DNA of 64,000 bases, taken from assembly GCA_050084985.1 (NCBI GenBank), contig JBITNC010000001.1, positions 199,082,001 to 199,146,000 of the forward strand, written 5' to 3'. The notes beneath the pieces are model-generated. The model was given only the letters and a program-made list of their open reading frames with translations, had not been told where the DNA came from and made no database searches. Below are positions 13,246 through 26,800 of this stretch, piece by piece (position 1 is the first letter of the stretch; each line of letters starts with the position of its first letter). Both the position numbers and the translations under genes were made by a program. This stretch comes from Nageia nagi (Eukaryota > Plantae > Pinophyta).

Positions 13246-14742
13246 GTATGTAAGGGCCACTTGCGTTAACAATTTTGTTTGGATTCAAGTTGACTTATTT
13301 TTTTTTATTTGTTCAATTCTTTTCAAAACGTAAGGCACTTGGATATTTCCATAATTAAAAAAATTAGCTATTTGATATAATATTATTAAAGAATTTAAGT
13401 TCTACGTTGACCATAGATGAAATGGCCCAACATTTCTGACCTAAAGATACTTTGCAATCTCATCACATTGTGACGGAGGCGAGTATATACAAGTATATAT
13501 GAATACACACGCATCTTCTAGATGGAAGCTGTATTACTACTAAATTGTTGACGGGGATTTTAACATTAAGGTTTATTATGTAAATTAATATGATATTATT
13601 ATTATTAATCAAATATATTTATTTTCTATAGAGTGGTTGAAAATAATATGGTGTTATTATTATTTGGTTGGAGGAAGGGTTTTTAGGGTGGGTGGAATTG
13701 GAACCTAGGATTCCCTTTACAACAGTTGAAAGTTTTTCACACTCCTTTACATCTGAAGATAGTCAAATAATTATTATAATTAATAAAGAACTACATATAA
13801 TTCAATACAAATAAATAGTATTATTTTATATACTAGACAAACAAATATATAATATTATTTTTTAAAATGGTTTTTATTTGTTGAGAAATTTTAGGCAGTA
13901 ACTCAAGATTGAGCAGTTTCTTTTGTATTTCAAATACTTCAAGAATTACATTTTTTATGTAGATTAAGTGAACATGGACAATGCACCTAGCTCAGCACAT
14001 CAAAATAAAACAATTCGCTTTAACAATGTACTTAACCTCATTTTGATTTACAAGTAAAACCCATTCCTTGTGTTACCTAATAAACATGTCTTTTTATCTT
14101 TGTTTGAGAATATTCTACGTTGCTGAAGCAAAAAAATACATAAATATTCACAAAGAATGCAATGTGGCAGTCTGACATTTCTTGATATGAACTCTCACAA
14201 CAAAATAGAATCACAAGAGCTAGCTAGAAAGTTGTGTCTATACACTTCAAAAGGACTGTTTTGAATGTTTATTCAGTCATCCATGTTTAATTGACAAGTA
14301 AATTACTTCCAAACAACTATATATAGAAAGTGCAAAAAAGGAATTATAAAGGATATGAACATCAAATTTGTGTGGAGAAAACACTCTTGTGCTGTAAAAA
14401 ATTCTAAGAAAAAGAAAAGGGCTATGCTTTGTTTTCAGATACAGTATCTACAAGCGTATAACAATAAATTCTCACCTATTCAAGTATGAACCACTGTCGA
14501 CCTTGTCTTGGAGTTTGCGACAATCCTCCTATCCCTTCCTTTTTGTTCCCACAACATGTGCTTAGACTGCTGAAATTTACCAAAAACCACCACTTCTCAA
14601 TGAATCTATCTGTATTGGAACAGCTGGTTATTTGGTATGGGTTGGTCAATTTTCATGAAGCTGTCCAATGCAGAAATATTTAAAGGCTGATCAATACATT
14701 AGTCAAGCCTTACCTTGTAAGTCAAGTTCTAGGCAATTTCAT

Positions 14743-14990
14743 TGTTAAAACCCATGATTAGCGAGGGCTCCTACCTTGGGACTCCTTAATAACAGAAAAA
14801 GTTCTCTACTACCCCATTTGTGGCACTTTTTCCAAGCTTGGATTAACCTTCGACCACACATTGGCTTCAGAATACTTTGCTGGACTCTTATACCATGTTA
14901 AAATCCATGGACCAGTCAGGACTTGAACCTGGGATCTTATTATTCTGGGATACTGGAAGAAATGAACTACCACTTCTCTTGTACAGATGG
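14743..14990 (-). mobile_element. Small TRIM/SINE-like relic with tRNA-like B box and PBS(Met)
   Basis: Minus strand: GGTTCAAGTCC (14929-14919)...TTTTAACA followed by TGGTATAAGAGT (14895-14884); a second similar end ...CATGGGTTTTAACA at 14743. Confidence 0.5.
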
Positions 14991-15622
14991 ACCTCCAAAA
15001 CTTGCCATCCATACCAGCAAAGGTATTCCACATGACCTGCATCTTCAACTACTAATATGGTGTGCTGCATGGAGTCCAATTGCCAAAATTGTTTCCATCA
15101 TTGTGACATCATTACTGTATGGGGACAAGTTCAACCGTATAGTTGATGTAGTCACTTTGGTTGATCATGCATCTTGTTGAGCTATTCTAGAATTTGTAGA
15201 TGTCTCTTATGTGCATTGTCAAAAACCCATCGTTTATGTCTATCATAGCTCATCAATTATAAATAGGATGAGACAAGTACTATGAGTGCTTATTGCTTCT
15301 GTTTATGTTTTCTAATATTTTTACAATATTGAACTAAACTTTTAATCTATGCGGATTACTGCTTTGATATTTAAAGGCCAGAAGCACCCAAAGTCTTCTT
15401 TAATTCCTGATATCATGTCAAATTACGTATCATTTCAAATGGATCAAGAAAGGAATGCTATGCTACAAACAAGTAAAGAATGCATTCAAAATGCATATGG
15501 CATTTACAGAGCTGAAAGCATCCATGATCAAACACACATGGCACACTATATCTTTATGGGGTGAAACAATCACTAGGGGTAGGCAAACCCTATAAATGTA
15601 GGATAGAGCCTTCTAATGCGTC

Positions 15623-15900
15623 TATAGTCACAAAATAGGGAACACTGTATTAAAATAAACATATTTATTATGTCAACAGAATGAAAATAGATTGATAGCT
15701 AAATATAGTAAAGAGATCTAGCAATTAGGATTTTGCAAATTGATAAGAGGAGATACAAAGAACTTGTTTCTTTGATGGAAGATTGAAAGCTTGTTGGCAA
15801 ATAACTTGTGTTCTTTGAGGGAAAACCCTAGCTGTAGCCAATTTGGATAATTCTAGATATAATTTTGAGAATGATAATCTTGAAGATGATTTTGAGATGA
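15623..15900 (+). repeat. Old LTR-like fragment; inverted homolog at 36290-36545
   Basis: GTTGGCAAATAAC...GAGGGAAAACCCTAGCT...TAATTTTGAGAATGATAATC aligns to the reverse complement of 36290-36400. Confidence 0.6.
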
Positions 15901-17009
15901 CCTTGAAAATGATATTTTTGAAGAGGATTTTGCTTTGGATGATGCTAGAATTGGTATGCGAACATTTTGGAATGAATTGACTCGACTTTGGGGGTTATTG
16001 AGTCTTGGGACCAAAGCATCTATTTTCTAGGCTTGCAATGTTGGAGCACAAGGTTTTCAAGTCTTGGATGCTAGAACACAAACATTCTAGGCTTGTGTGC
16101 TGAAACATTGGGCATTTTGTCTCAGATGTTTGTTTTGGCCCATGCTTTGCTCTATAGACTATTTGGATGGTTATATTATTGTGATGATGGAAGACGATCT
16201 TGTGTTATTGCTTTCTTCTTGTGATAAATTGTAATGATGATTGCTTATGATTCTTCCATGTTTGAATTGAACACTTGTGAATGTTTAATAAATTTGATTT
16301 TTAATTCACCTAGGTGGATCCACTTAGAATGATGCACGTAGAATATAATGCCAAATTACAGTCAATCGATTAAGTTAACCTTGATTTACATAAAGTGGGT
16401 TCAAATTGAAATTTTGCAAAAATCAAATAAAACACTTAAACAAAGTCATTTTAAATAGTCAAAATGTAACTTTAAGTGTCTAAAGTTTGCTCCTTTTCAG
16501 GATGTGGTTGAGGGAGAGAACACAAGACTACATTCCCAAAATGATAAATGATACATAATTTTGATGAAATGTCACACTCTTGCCTTTGTGAGGATCTAGC
16601 AAACACATGTTATGCGGAAATAGAAAAACAAATTTTGAAAAACATGTAATGATCAAACTTGTAGTGATATGGTTGGACACTTGTCCTTGCCCAAAGGTTG
16701 AGAAGGACATTTGAGGGCATGGATGAGCATGTTCTTTGTTTGTGTTACTACGTTCATGTTCAACAAGTTTGAAGTTCGAAAGAAATTCAATAGAGCTTTG
16801 AAGTTTGGAAAAGAATTCAACATCAAATTCGACATGGTACATTAACATACATGCTAAAATTGTAGTATATACATGCTAAAATATTATAAAATGATAGATA
16901 TTCATGATTATATGGTATATCCATAAAAAATAAAATTCCATATAATAAAAATTAATATCCAAAACAAAAGTTCAAAATAAAATTTGGCATATATTTAATT
17001 TAAATTAAT

Positions 17010-17010
<1 letters not shown>

Positions 17011-17081
<71 letters not shown>
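17011..17081. repeat. (TAA)n microsatellite
   Basis: About 23 perfect TAA units. Confidence 0.95.
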
Positions 17082-17082
<1 letters not shown>

Positions 17083-17495
17083 ATACATTTCAAATTAGTT
17101 TTTTAAAACTATATATTTAAATTAATTTAAAAAATTAATCATAAAAAATTGTACATTTCAAAATTTCAAATAAATTTTTTAAAAACTATATATTTAAATT
17201 AATTAAATAGTAATAATAATAACAACAACAACATTATAGATTTCAAATGTAATAAAAAATAAATTAAAACAAGAAAAAAGAGCTTGACCATCGCACAGGC
17301 TGTGACCGCTTGTAAGTGGGTGCAATCAGGGTTTTGCATAGCTGCGGCCTATGTTATAGGCAATTTGTTTTTTCAAGGCAAATCAAATTTATCAAATAAA
17401 ATTAGTTTCTTCTTAAATTCGCCAAATTTCAAACCTCATGGTTGAAACTAGTTGAATTTCTTAACATAGTTTCCAAGTGAAGTAAAATAGATTGA

Positions 17496-18320
17496 TTGCT
17501 CCTTTTGCTCTTAACAATAATAATGCAATATATTACGTTGGACAATTATGCATCCATTCTCAACAATTTCCACTTTGCCTTTCTCAATGTGTTTAGGAGT
17601 AATAAGCAGGTGAACATTCCATTGTATCTGTTTTGCTCCTTGCAAAGATCCATTGTTGAAATGAAAGAGGGGAAATTGGCGGGCCCTAAACACCAAGGTC
17701 TTGTATGTGCTTTATTTAATCGGGTGGCTATGGAATGCCCACAATGGTGAGGAAGCCCAAGTGTCAAATTAACTATGAAGACTTGGATGACAGTGATCCA
17801 GAAGAAGTGGAGGACAAGGAGCTGAATGATAAGGACTTTCTCTTGGCTAAGGAGGAGCCAACACTTGTTCAAGATAACATGCCAGTGGTGTGAAGTGCTT
17901 TTGTAAGGTGTAGCAACATAACCTCTAGGGTGGCTTGTAAGGTCCGAGGAGTTAGGATTCAAGCAGAACCCGAAGGCGAAGGAGGTTTCAGAGGAGGACC
18001 TTCCCCCACCAGCAAAGCAAAAGAAGAGCCTCATGATTGGTGGACCCTTAGGTGTGAAGTTGATGTGGGTGTTGAGGTCCTCCCCCTAAGAGGCTCCTAA
18101 GGACGCAAAGAATTACAAGGATTTGTTGTTCACCTAGATCAAGTCTACTAGGGTTGCACTCTTCTACGCTGAACAAGTGTATGATGCATGGGTGGAGGAT
18201 CACCAAGGATGACAATTGGTGGAGATTCTCTTGAGTCCAAGAAGTGGAAAAGAAAAGACAAAGGTCTCAGATGACCCATCCAAGGGTAGTGCGAAGGGAA
18301 AGGGGAAGCTGATTCGCTAG
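17496..18320 (+). pseudogene. TE accessory/cargo ORF relic (plant transposon protein-like, C-terminal half)
   Basis: YITLD...FHFAFLNVFR...VNIPLYLFCSL...HQGLVCALF, followed by an acidic and basic low-complexity tail with stops. Confidence 0.45.
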
Positions 18321-18897
18321 TTTCTCAAACATCTTCCTCTTATGTGGAAATATCCACCCTGGAGAGACAATGCACCCTACTTCACTTTCAGGATGTTCCA
18401 TCCAAGCTAGATTTTTTTCAGACCCTGGTTACACCCACAACCTTGTATGGGATTGAGATTTGAGGCTCCAACCTGATAGTTGCGGATTGGACCTTGCTAG
18501 AGCGAATCTTGGTCACTTTCTTTTCTTGTTTCATTCGAAGTAAGCGGTCAGTCCCACATCTTATCATTCTTGCGGAGTTTGGGTGTTAGCCCCTCTTGGT
18601 GTGGGCCCTTTCTTCCATGGTCCTCTATCTTCATTGTCTACAACGTTTATCTATCCGTAGGGGGGATACAAATACATATAGACTCCCGCTTTGAGCTTTG
18701 GCCTCATCAATCGATTTAGCTATGCAGGGTTGTCATCGATGTTGGTTTGCAAAGTTTTCAAAGATGCTTCAGATATTTGGTTTTTCTTCAGAGAGACTAT
18801 CCTTACCACTAGACGACTCGTCTTGGACCCCAGATGACTCCTTGTCTACAATCCGGGAGATTATATACAGGGCTTTCATTCAGAGCACTTGGGTATC

Positions 18898-19800
18898 AAT
18901 GATGATCCAAAAATCAATTTCAGACACAAACTAGCAAACTTGGACCATCAGACCTTGACATCAGGCCTAGGGCATCAATACAAGCACATACAAACCCTCA
19001 AATGTCAACGTTAGGGTTAGAGCATATACTACGCACCACAAGAATGGAAATATGCCAACATCTAGCAATTACAAGTAAATAGCAATGAATACAAGCCCTC
19101 AATGCCAACGTCTGACCCAAACACGCATTAACTGATCAACAAAACATCATAATGCCAACGCATGGTAAATACAAGCATATACAACCATAAAGATTCAACG
19201 CATGCACAAGATGAAGCAATTCAACATAAGCATGGGATCCAAATGCCCTTTGGCTATACGAATGATATGAAATGATATCAAGTACAATACCAAGCACTAA
19301 GGGGCGGTTGTTGGCCTCCAAGGAGCTAACTAGGGCACAATAACAAATATCCTCAATCACTGGCAATACCATAGAACCATAGGATATATCTGCTCCCTCA
19401 GACCTTGAATCCTCTCCATCCAAGGAGCCCTCCTTGAACTTTGGATAACCAACCGAATGGTAGAAGCAAACCCTTGGAATTTTATCGGATGGACAAAGGT
19501 GCTCCACCAATGACGTAGACAGACAAGATCCCTCAGCCTGACTGCCCTCCCAATGTGGTGCTAGCATGCATGTGGCCATCCATCATTCTAATGCATAAAT
19601 ACACCTCGGGATGCCCACAATCTGGGATCTCCAATACAATAAATGCCTAACCTACCACTTAGGAGGGAGACGTCCCATTTGAGGCTCACAGTGGGGTCCA
19701 TTGACTCATTAAGTCTCCTATCCTAAGTTACAACAAAACAAATGCATGTACATGAATAAAGTATAATACAAGGGTGACCACTATGCTTGACACTAGCTAC
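18898..19800 (-). mobile_element. LTR relic of the chromovirus-associated LTR family ('family A')
   Basis: Shares GATGATCCAAA...CACAAACTAGCAAACTTG, TTGGCCTCCAAGGAGCYAACTAGGGCAC and GGGAGACGTCCCA...GCTCACAGTGGGGTCC blocks with 47197-48588. Confidence 0.8.
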
Positions 19801-20510
19801 ATATTGACAGAGGCCTGAACCTCTCGCTTGGGTACACCAGTCTACATCTCCCTCTTGGGTTGAGGATGTTCCTCGGACAGTTTCAAGTCTGCTCTCACTA
19901 GCTGAGGATTGAGATAGACCACCACATAGACCGTGACTCACGAGTTTGTCGCCTTTGTTCGCTTGAGACCGAGTCTAAAGACTATTTCATCTTTCGATGC
20001 CCAGTTTACTATAAGGTCCGAGGCTGATATTATTGCCTCTTCCGAGACTTCAGCAGCTCGCTTGTCACATTTCTTTAGTACCCAGACCAATGCTATTTGG
20101 CTCTCTATTTTCGAGATGTCTTCCTCCTCCTTCGGAGGCACCTTCTTGAGCTAGCACAACGCCCAATTGAGGTCTAGTGCATCACATCATTCTTCTGAGC
20201 TCCCTCTCTTGAAGGGGCTCTTAGAAGACATCGAGACGAACCTACTCAGCCACTTCGATGGACCGAGGGACGTATCCAACGCACCCCGGCCATGTTGACT
20301 TGTCAGATCACATCCTTCGTTTCGACTATCAGTAGTACTACATATCTCACATAGTTCATTGAGACCCCTCTTTGGAGTAGAGAGCACTGCCATACTCCCC
20401 CTTGGAAGGCCCAGGATTGCCTCCCTTCGGTGGTTCCAGATGTTCTATCTTGTTCCTATTAGGGTTGGGATCTCTATGTTTTTGTATTTGCTTATATCAT
20501 TCTCTATGCT

Positions 20511-23455
20511 TTAGGTTTTTATTAGCTGTTGTCTATTTTTTTTGGGCTTTGCTGGCACTATGTGCATGATTGTACTTGACAGCCCTATCGACTGCTTTTG
20601 GCCATTTGTAGACATCAATATACTTTCTTTCTTTTCTTTCTTCGTAGACTCCTTATTGAGTTGGCTTTGCAGCCGTGTAGCATCTGAAGCAACTATAGAG
20701 GCTGACTTTAAATTATTTTTATCCTGTTGGGGCAGGAGGCTGATGTCTACATTCCTTGTTTTCACAAGGATTGAGGGAGGTCTTGAGGGGGGCATTACAA
20801 GCGCAGTTTGAACATATTTCATCGTTTGGGCAATGGGGTCATAGTGGATAAACAACTGGGAAGTATCCATTTGAGTATCAAATGTGGAAGCCTCCTCAAT
20901 TCCCAGAATAGGTAGATGAGTCATAGGCTTGAATCCTGAAATTAATGAAGACAATGGGACAGATTGTCCTTGATCAGAGACCAGAGTTGTCCTGGAGGTT
21001 GCTTGTTGCGGAACATTGCATATGAAGTTGCAACAGAGGTTGCAGTATGCATTGGCATTTGAAGTGGCTGGGGATTCTGGGTAGCTGGCATAGCGGGTAA
21101 TAGTGGTGTAATAGGAATTGCTAAGGGAATGATTGGGCATTAGGATAAAGGAACAAATGCTGAAGAAGAGGAATGTTGTGATGACCTCAAATTTTTATAT
21201 TTTTATTTGTACATAGTGCAGAGTGATATTTGGGTGTTTTGTGTGTTTTGGTGTGTTAGGAGTATTATTTCTTAAGTTTGACAATAAATAGTAAAAAGGG
21301 GAATAAGGGTCTATGGCATTATTTTATTTTATAAGGTCTCATCATTAAAATATTAAAAAGTACCACCTCACCGTAAAATTAGAAGATTGTCTATAAAAGG
21401 AGTGGAGGGGTCTCTCATTTGGTATTCCTGATTATTGAGTTTATTTTTGGAGTTTCTCTAAGACCCTTTGGTGGACGAAAACCCACTTGAAGTTATGGCA
21501 TTGGGGACGAAAACCCTCATTGTCCAAGAGCTTTGGGATGAAAACCCTGAGTTTTGAGTGCTTCCCATTATTGATCTGCCCTGGGAGGGTTATTGCTTGT
21601 CTAAAACATTTTTCATCATTATTGCCAAATTTAATCCATTGGGACAGGACCATTCTAGTTTGGGAAGCTGATTTGATTATTTGTGAAACCTTTTTCTCAC
21701 TAATCTCTACCCAGCAAGGGAACGGTGCAATCCAAGAGGTATATTTTGCAGTCTGGAGGGTTAATGTGTTCATTTTGAGGGCCATTCACTTCATATCTGG
21801 CTTGTTTCTGTCTCTAGAAGGGATGTTGCATAGCTAGACAATCAGATCAACATTTTGGGAGTAAATTTCATTGGATCAACAACTGACAGTGGGACGTTGG
21901 CCTGATTAGGGTCAAATCTGCCATCCTTTGTCTTTGCATGTTAGTTTGAGGCTGGCATACACTGGATCTATGACCAGTAGAGGGACATTGCATTTTGGGG
22001 AGCATATTTCTCCAGTTTGGAAGCTTGATCTGCCCAGATCTGTCTAGATCTGATTATATTGTCTGGGATCAGCCTAGATCAGACTTGTATAATGTGAGTT
22101 TGCCCAGATCTGATTGCATGTTGGCTTGGAGGACTGATATAAAACATATTTGAGTATTTCCATTCTCATATTGGCTTCCTAGAGGGATGTCTGGCCCTAG
22201 AGGCCCTATTTCATGTATTTGGTGCCCATTTTCCACTTTGATCTGGATTTAATGTAAGCTGGTGACAATTTGAATAATTTCTGAGTTGTTTGATGCCCTA
22301 GTGATTTTATTTCAGATTTGATATATTTTTATAGATTTGGGTTTGGTATACAATATCACTGTTTTTTGGCTAAGTAGGTCATTACAAATGTAACTGAGCA
22401 AAGGTGAAAGTTGTTACCGGTTCGGATGGTTGAGGAGACGCTCCCTTCTGAGGTATGAAGGCTGATACAGCTGCAGCAGATGGGGGAGGAGAGACAGGAG
22501 ACTGCTGGGCTTGCCTATGATAAATCCCGAGTGTCTTTGGTTCTGGAAGATCAGAACTCAGTCTTTCTTCCAGCTGCGGTTTTGCTCCTTGATAAGAACT
22601 AGAGCCGTGTGAGGGAGGCTTTGCGGATTGTCCTTTCTTTTGTCCAAATTTCTCTAAATTCTTCATGGTCTCCTGATGCCTCCTCTGAGTCTCTTTCTTT
22701 GTTTCTTTTGATGAAGACTCATCATCATCTGAATCCTGATTATTCTCTGAACTAGAATCATCTAAGTTATGTTCCTCATTGTATAACTTGGCCCATTGGT
22801 CATCATCATCATCAGCAACAGTCGTGAGATTGCCCTTTTCAGCTCTGTAAATTAGAAAGGCCGTCTTCTTGGTGCTATCCCAGTTCTTTCTATTTACTGA
22901 TTTTGTAGTGTCTTACCCAGTTTGTGTTGGGTCTCATCAAAGTTTTGAAATTTCCTATAGAAAGTCCGCCATTTGGAAGCCTTTGTAGCTTGGTCATCTT
23001 TTCCCGCTGTAGCTGTCTCCAACTTCAACAGTTCATCTGGGATGATGTTCTTGGGATCCAGATTTCTGAAGGCCTTAAACTGTTCATTCCTCTGAGGTTT
23101 GAAGGCTGTCGGATTCCCTTGATTAATGATTTTTAACTTGGCTAGCATAATGTTGTCCTGTTCATAGTGGCAAGTTACATTAATTAGGAGTAACTGCAGC
23201 TTATCCAAAATTTCGGCCAACTGGGTGCCTGTTTCTTTCTTTGAAAGTGAAACCCTCAAAGGTTTGGACTCCGGAGTATATACTAGTCTTCTTTCTGGAG
23301 CCAAAATTCTCATCGATCTCATCCAACTGCCTGAAGAATTCCACTGCAAATACCTGATTTGAAATGTAATAGGGCAGCAAATAGGCCTTTCTCGGGAAGC
23401 CATAAAGTCTAAAGAATAAGCCAAATTTAGAATAATAAAAATCTCCTAGTTCCAT
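20511..23455 (-). pseudogene. Accessory ORF of LTR element, split by solo LTR 21177-22386
   Basis: MELGDFYYSKFGLFFRLYGFPRKAYLLPYYISNQVFAVEFFRQL... then acidic and Pro/Ser-rich tracts; frame continues across the AATGT TSD (..AQLH|SSSSAFVP..). Confidence 0.55.
21177..22386. mobile_element. Solo LTR (1210 bp)
   Basis: TGTGATGACC...GGTCATTACA inverted termini; perfect TSD AATGT. Confidence 0.92.
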
Positions 23456-23807
23456 ATGATTTACCTAATGTAATGTGTGACTTGCACTTGTCCAACCAAC
23501 GTAACTCCTTGATATAGAGTACAAACTTGTAAACTGATCTCTGGTATGAAGGGTGACTCCTTATCTATTGGGTTTTGAGTTAAAGGGATAGAAATGATAA
23601 GAGATAGAAATGGATAGGGTTAGAAAGGATAGAGATAGAAATGGAGAGTTTAAAGAGGGTGAGCTAGCACCACCACAAGCATCAAAGGTTTTCTGATCCT
23701 TCAATATAGATAAAGTCTAAATTTTACAGCCACAGGTAGTCTTAGCTTCTCATACTAGTAAAATGACTACAATACCTAACAGCCTTAGTCGAATCCAAGC
23801 ATGAATC

Positions 23808-26800
23808 TATTGGGATGCTTTTCTTTCCCGTGCGAGACACTCTGAATATCACGGACAAAACTTAGGAGATCCCAAGCAACATAGTTGGGAATGCGTTACC
23901 AATTCCCTCGGTTGAAAAGGACTGTATACCTCCAAGGCTCTTGTCGAAACACCCTACCCGGCGGTCCCAACATTGTGACGTTGTAAGGTTTGTTTGTCTG
24001 GTGTATTTTCTGAATAGGGATAGATAAATAAAAAGGGTGCGGTATCCCTCTTTGGAATCAGCCTCAATGAAATGGAATGAGAGGTATGTAGTTTGTTAAC
24101 CAATGATGTTTTATTTTTTGATGTATAGAGTTTGTTTGAAACTTTTGTGTGTGGATTTAACTATCATATTTGGTATGAAAGAATAAAGGAAATATTGTAA
24201 AAGGTGAAGGATGACACTTTGGAAAAAGGGATACTTGGTCAGATATGAGGTTGAGGTTCACTGACGGGAAAGTGTCTAAGAGTTGATCTCTTTCGAATCG
24301 GTTAAAGACTCTTCATTCAATTCATCCAACCTTGCAAGCAAACAACTTAATGTTCGAATTGCTTCAAAGAGGAGCGGGGAGGAACGTCAAATGGGTGGAA
24401 ACGGAAAGTTTCAACGTGGGTGGATTATGGTTTTGGATGAAGGACTTAAAAAGATGTCATAGAAGTAGAAATCTGACATAGAATACCCAATCAACTTGCA
24501 TGTTTAAGTATTGAGCAACAAGCATAGGTAGGCTTCAAGCACTTTTAAAATTTTTCAGAGATAACTTCCCTAAAGCTCATGAGCTTTCAAAGGAATAAAA
24601 CAAAAATACACAAACCCACTATGAGTGCCCTCAAAGAATCAATCAATAACACCAATGTGAAAAGTTTGAAACTCAAATCTTTGCTTTAACCACTTTGTAT
24701 TAATTTGAAAAAGAGTTGTGTAAAGCTACATCAATTTGCTACTCTCTCACAAAAGTTCTATCGTCAAGCTTGAAGTGTTTTGCTTCAGAATGAAATCCTT
24801 ACAAAAATGAGACCCTTGGTCTCTTACTTATAGCGTTTGGAAACCTTAAAAGTGACTTTTGAAACCCTAGAAATGAGTTTCAAAACCCTAACCCTAATTA
24901 CGAAATTAAAAGCTAATTAAAAATGCTAAATAGAGATTACAATTGGACTTAGTGGAAATCCACTAAGTTGGCCAAATATTTGGCTTACATATCAAAAACT
25001 TGCCAGAATAGACTCCTTTCTATTCTGGCAATTGTGGGAAGATGACTTGCACATTTGTGGCAATTTTGGCTTCAAAGTCATTTCGCATGAACGCTTCTAC
25101 GTTCTTGATGGCACGATGGATTGTCTGGAGAGCTCCTTCGTTTGATAGCAGGTGCTCTAGGATGGCCTTATTGGTTTTGACCATTTCCTTGCTCCAATCA
25201 GCCAGTCTCATCCCTCGTATCATTTGTTTCTTGTCTCGTAACATGGCTTAGGGAAGGGGGTGGCGAATGGCACCATAGAAGTTGTTACTAGGTTTTCAAA
25301 GTGTCCTTTACTAGCGAAGCTGGATCCAATGCTTGGATTTTCATTAGAGTTTTTATTGGATCGAGGGAGTTACAATTTGTGTCCCCGATCTCACTTAGTT
25401 GGTCTATGATTCTTGCGGTAGGCATCGTTGGCTCTGTTGTGTGTTCAAGTGTGATGACATTGTTCATTGTGAGCCTTCTCTGCTTCCGATCTTTGATGTT
25501 CTGAGCAACTAACGCCATTGTGTCCTATCTAAGAGGACAACAAGAGTTAGAATAGTCGTGGGAAGCTTATGGCACTTTCTAGGCTAGCAAAGCAAGGTTT
25601 CTGAAGAATTTGGATTTTTTTGGCGTTTTTCACTCTAAGTGTGCCATCATCGAAAAGTGTCATAATTTGCAATTTTCAAGGCCTTCTGGGTGAGTTTGAG
25701 ATGACACAAAAGGTAGCTGCCTAAAATGGGAATGCCTTGGCAAAAAATTAGGATGGTTGGAGAATTTTGCAGTTTTTCTCAAAAAAAGTTGACTTTTTCA
25801 ACAGGAAAAAGTGGTGAAATTTGGCAAAATTGGTAAATGGTGTTAGAATCAAGTTCTGACACCTTGGATGGGGAATGAATGGGGAAGGTGTTTCAGACTT
25901 TGAAATGGCCAAAACGGACTTCAAAAACAATTTTTGGAGTTTTCTGAAAAAAATTTGGATTTTTTTGAATTTTTTTCAAGAAATGAGGATTTTGAGCACT
26001 CAGATCTTGGATTTTATGAATTTTTTTGTGTTTTTTAGCTGAAAATAAAAGTTGATCACATGGATAAAAGGTATCCAAAAAAGTGATCAAACTTGAAATC
26101 TGAAAAAATAAATTTTCAAGTGTTTGAGGGTTTGAAAAATGGGTATTTGTGAGAAAAATCCTCAAAACTTGAAAAAATGGAGTTCATGTGGATGGAGGAT
26201 TCTTGGATTTCGAATTTTAATGGAATTTGGGTAAATGGCCAAGATACTAAGTGTTTGAAAAATCCTCCAAGGTTGGAAAAATGGCTTCTTTTCTCACTTG
26301 GCTCTCAAATTCTCAAAAATTTGGGTAGCATAAAGGTGCAAAAATGAGAGGTGAGCAAAATGGAGGGGGTATGGTCATTTTTATAGATTCAAGGGGGTCA
26401 AAAGTGCCACATATCACTTCCATATCAACCCTAGATCAAAAGGCTTGCATTTTAGACTTATCATCTTCATACCCAACGTTAGAAAAGTGGAGGAAAATGG
26501 GGAAATAACCCAAAACCTGTGCCTAAGTATGGAAAGGGGCAGTTTTGGAGCAACATGGGGTGTCTTGGAAGCAAAGATGATGGCCTTGGAATGCTCTACA
26601 ACCTCCAAGCTTCAGATTTGGATTTTGAATTTTGAGATTTTGAAGGAAAAATCCAATTTTTTTGAGTTTTCTCAGCTCTTAGATCCTTTTTGAATGCAAA
26701 AAAAGGTGGTTTTTGAGAGTTAGTGTGAGCCAAATTGCACAAATGATAGGTCAAAATGGTGTAGAATCACACCATCTACCTCATAGAAGTGAAAAATTGC

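Noticed and set aside
14905-14990. Functional tRNA gene
   Set aside because: Only the T-loop/B box is clear; I could not build a cloverleaf or identify an anticodon arm
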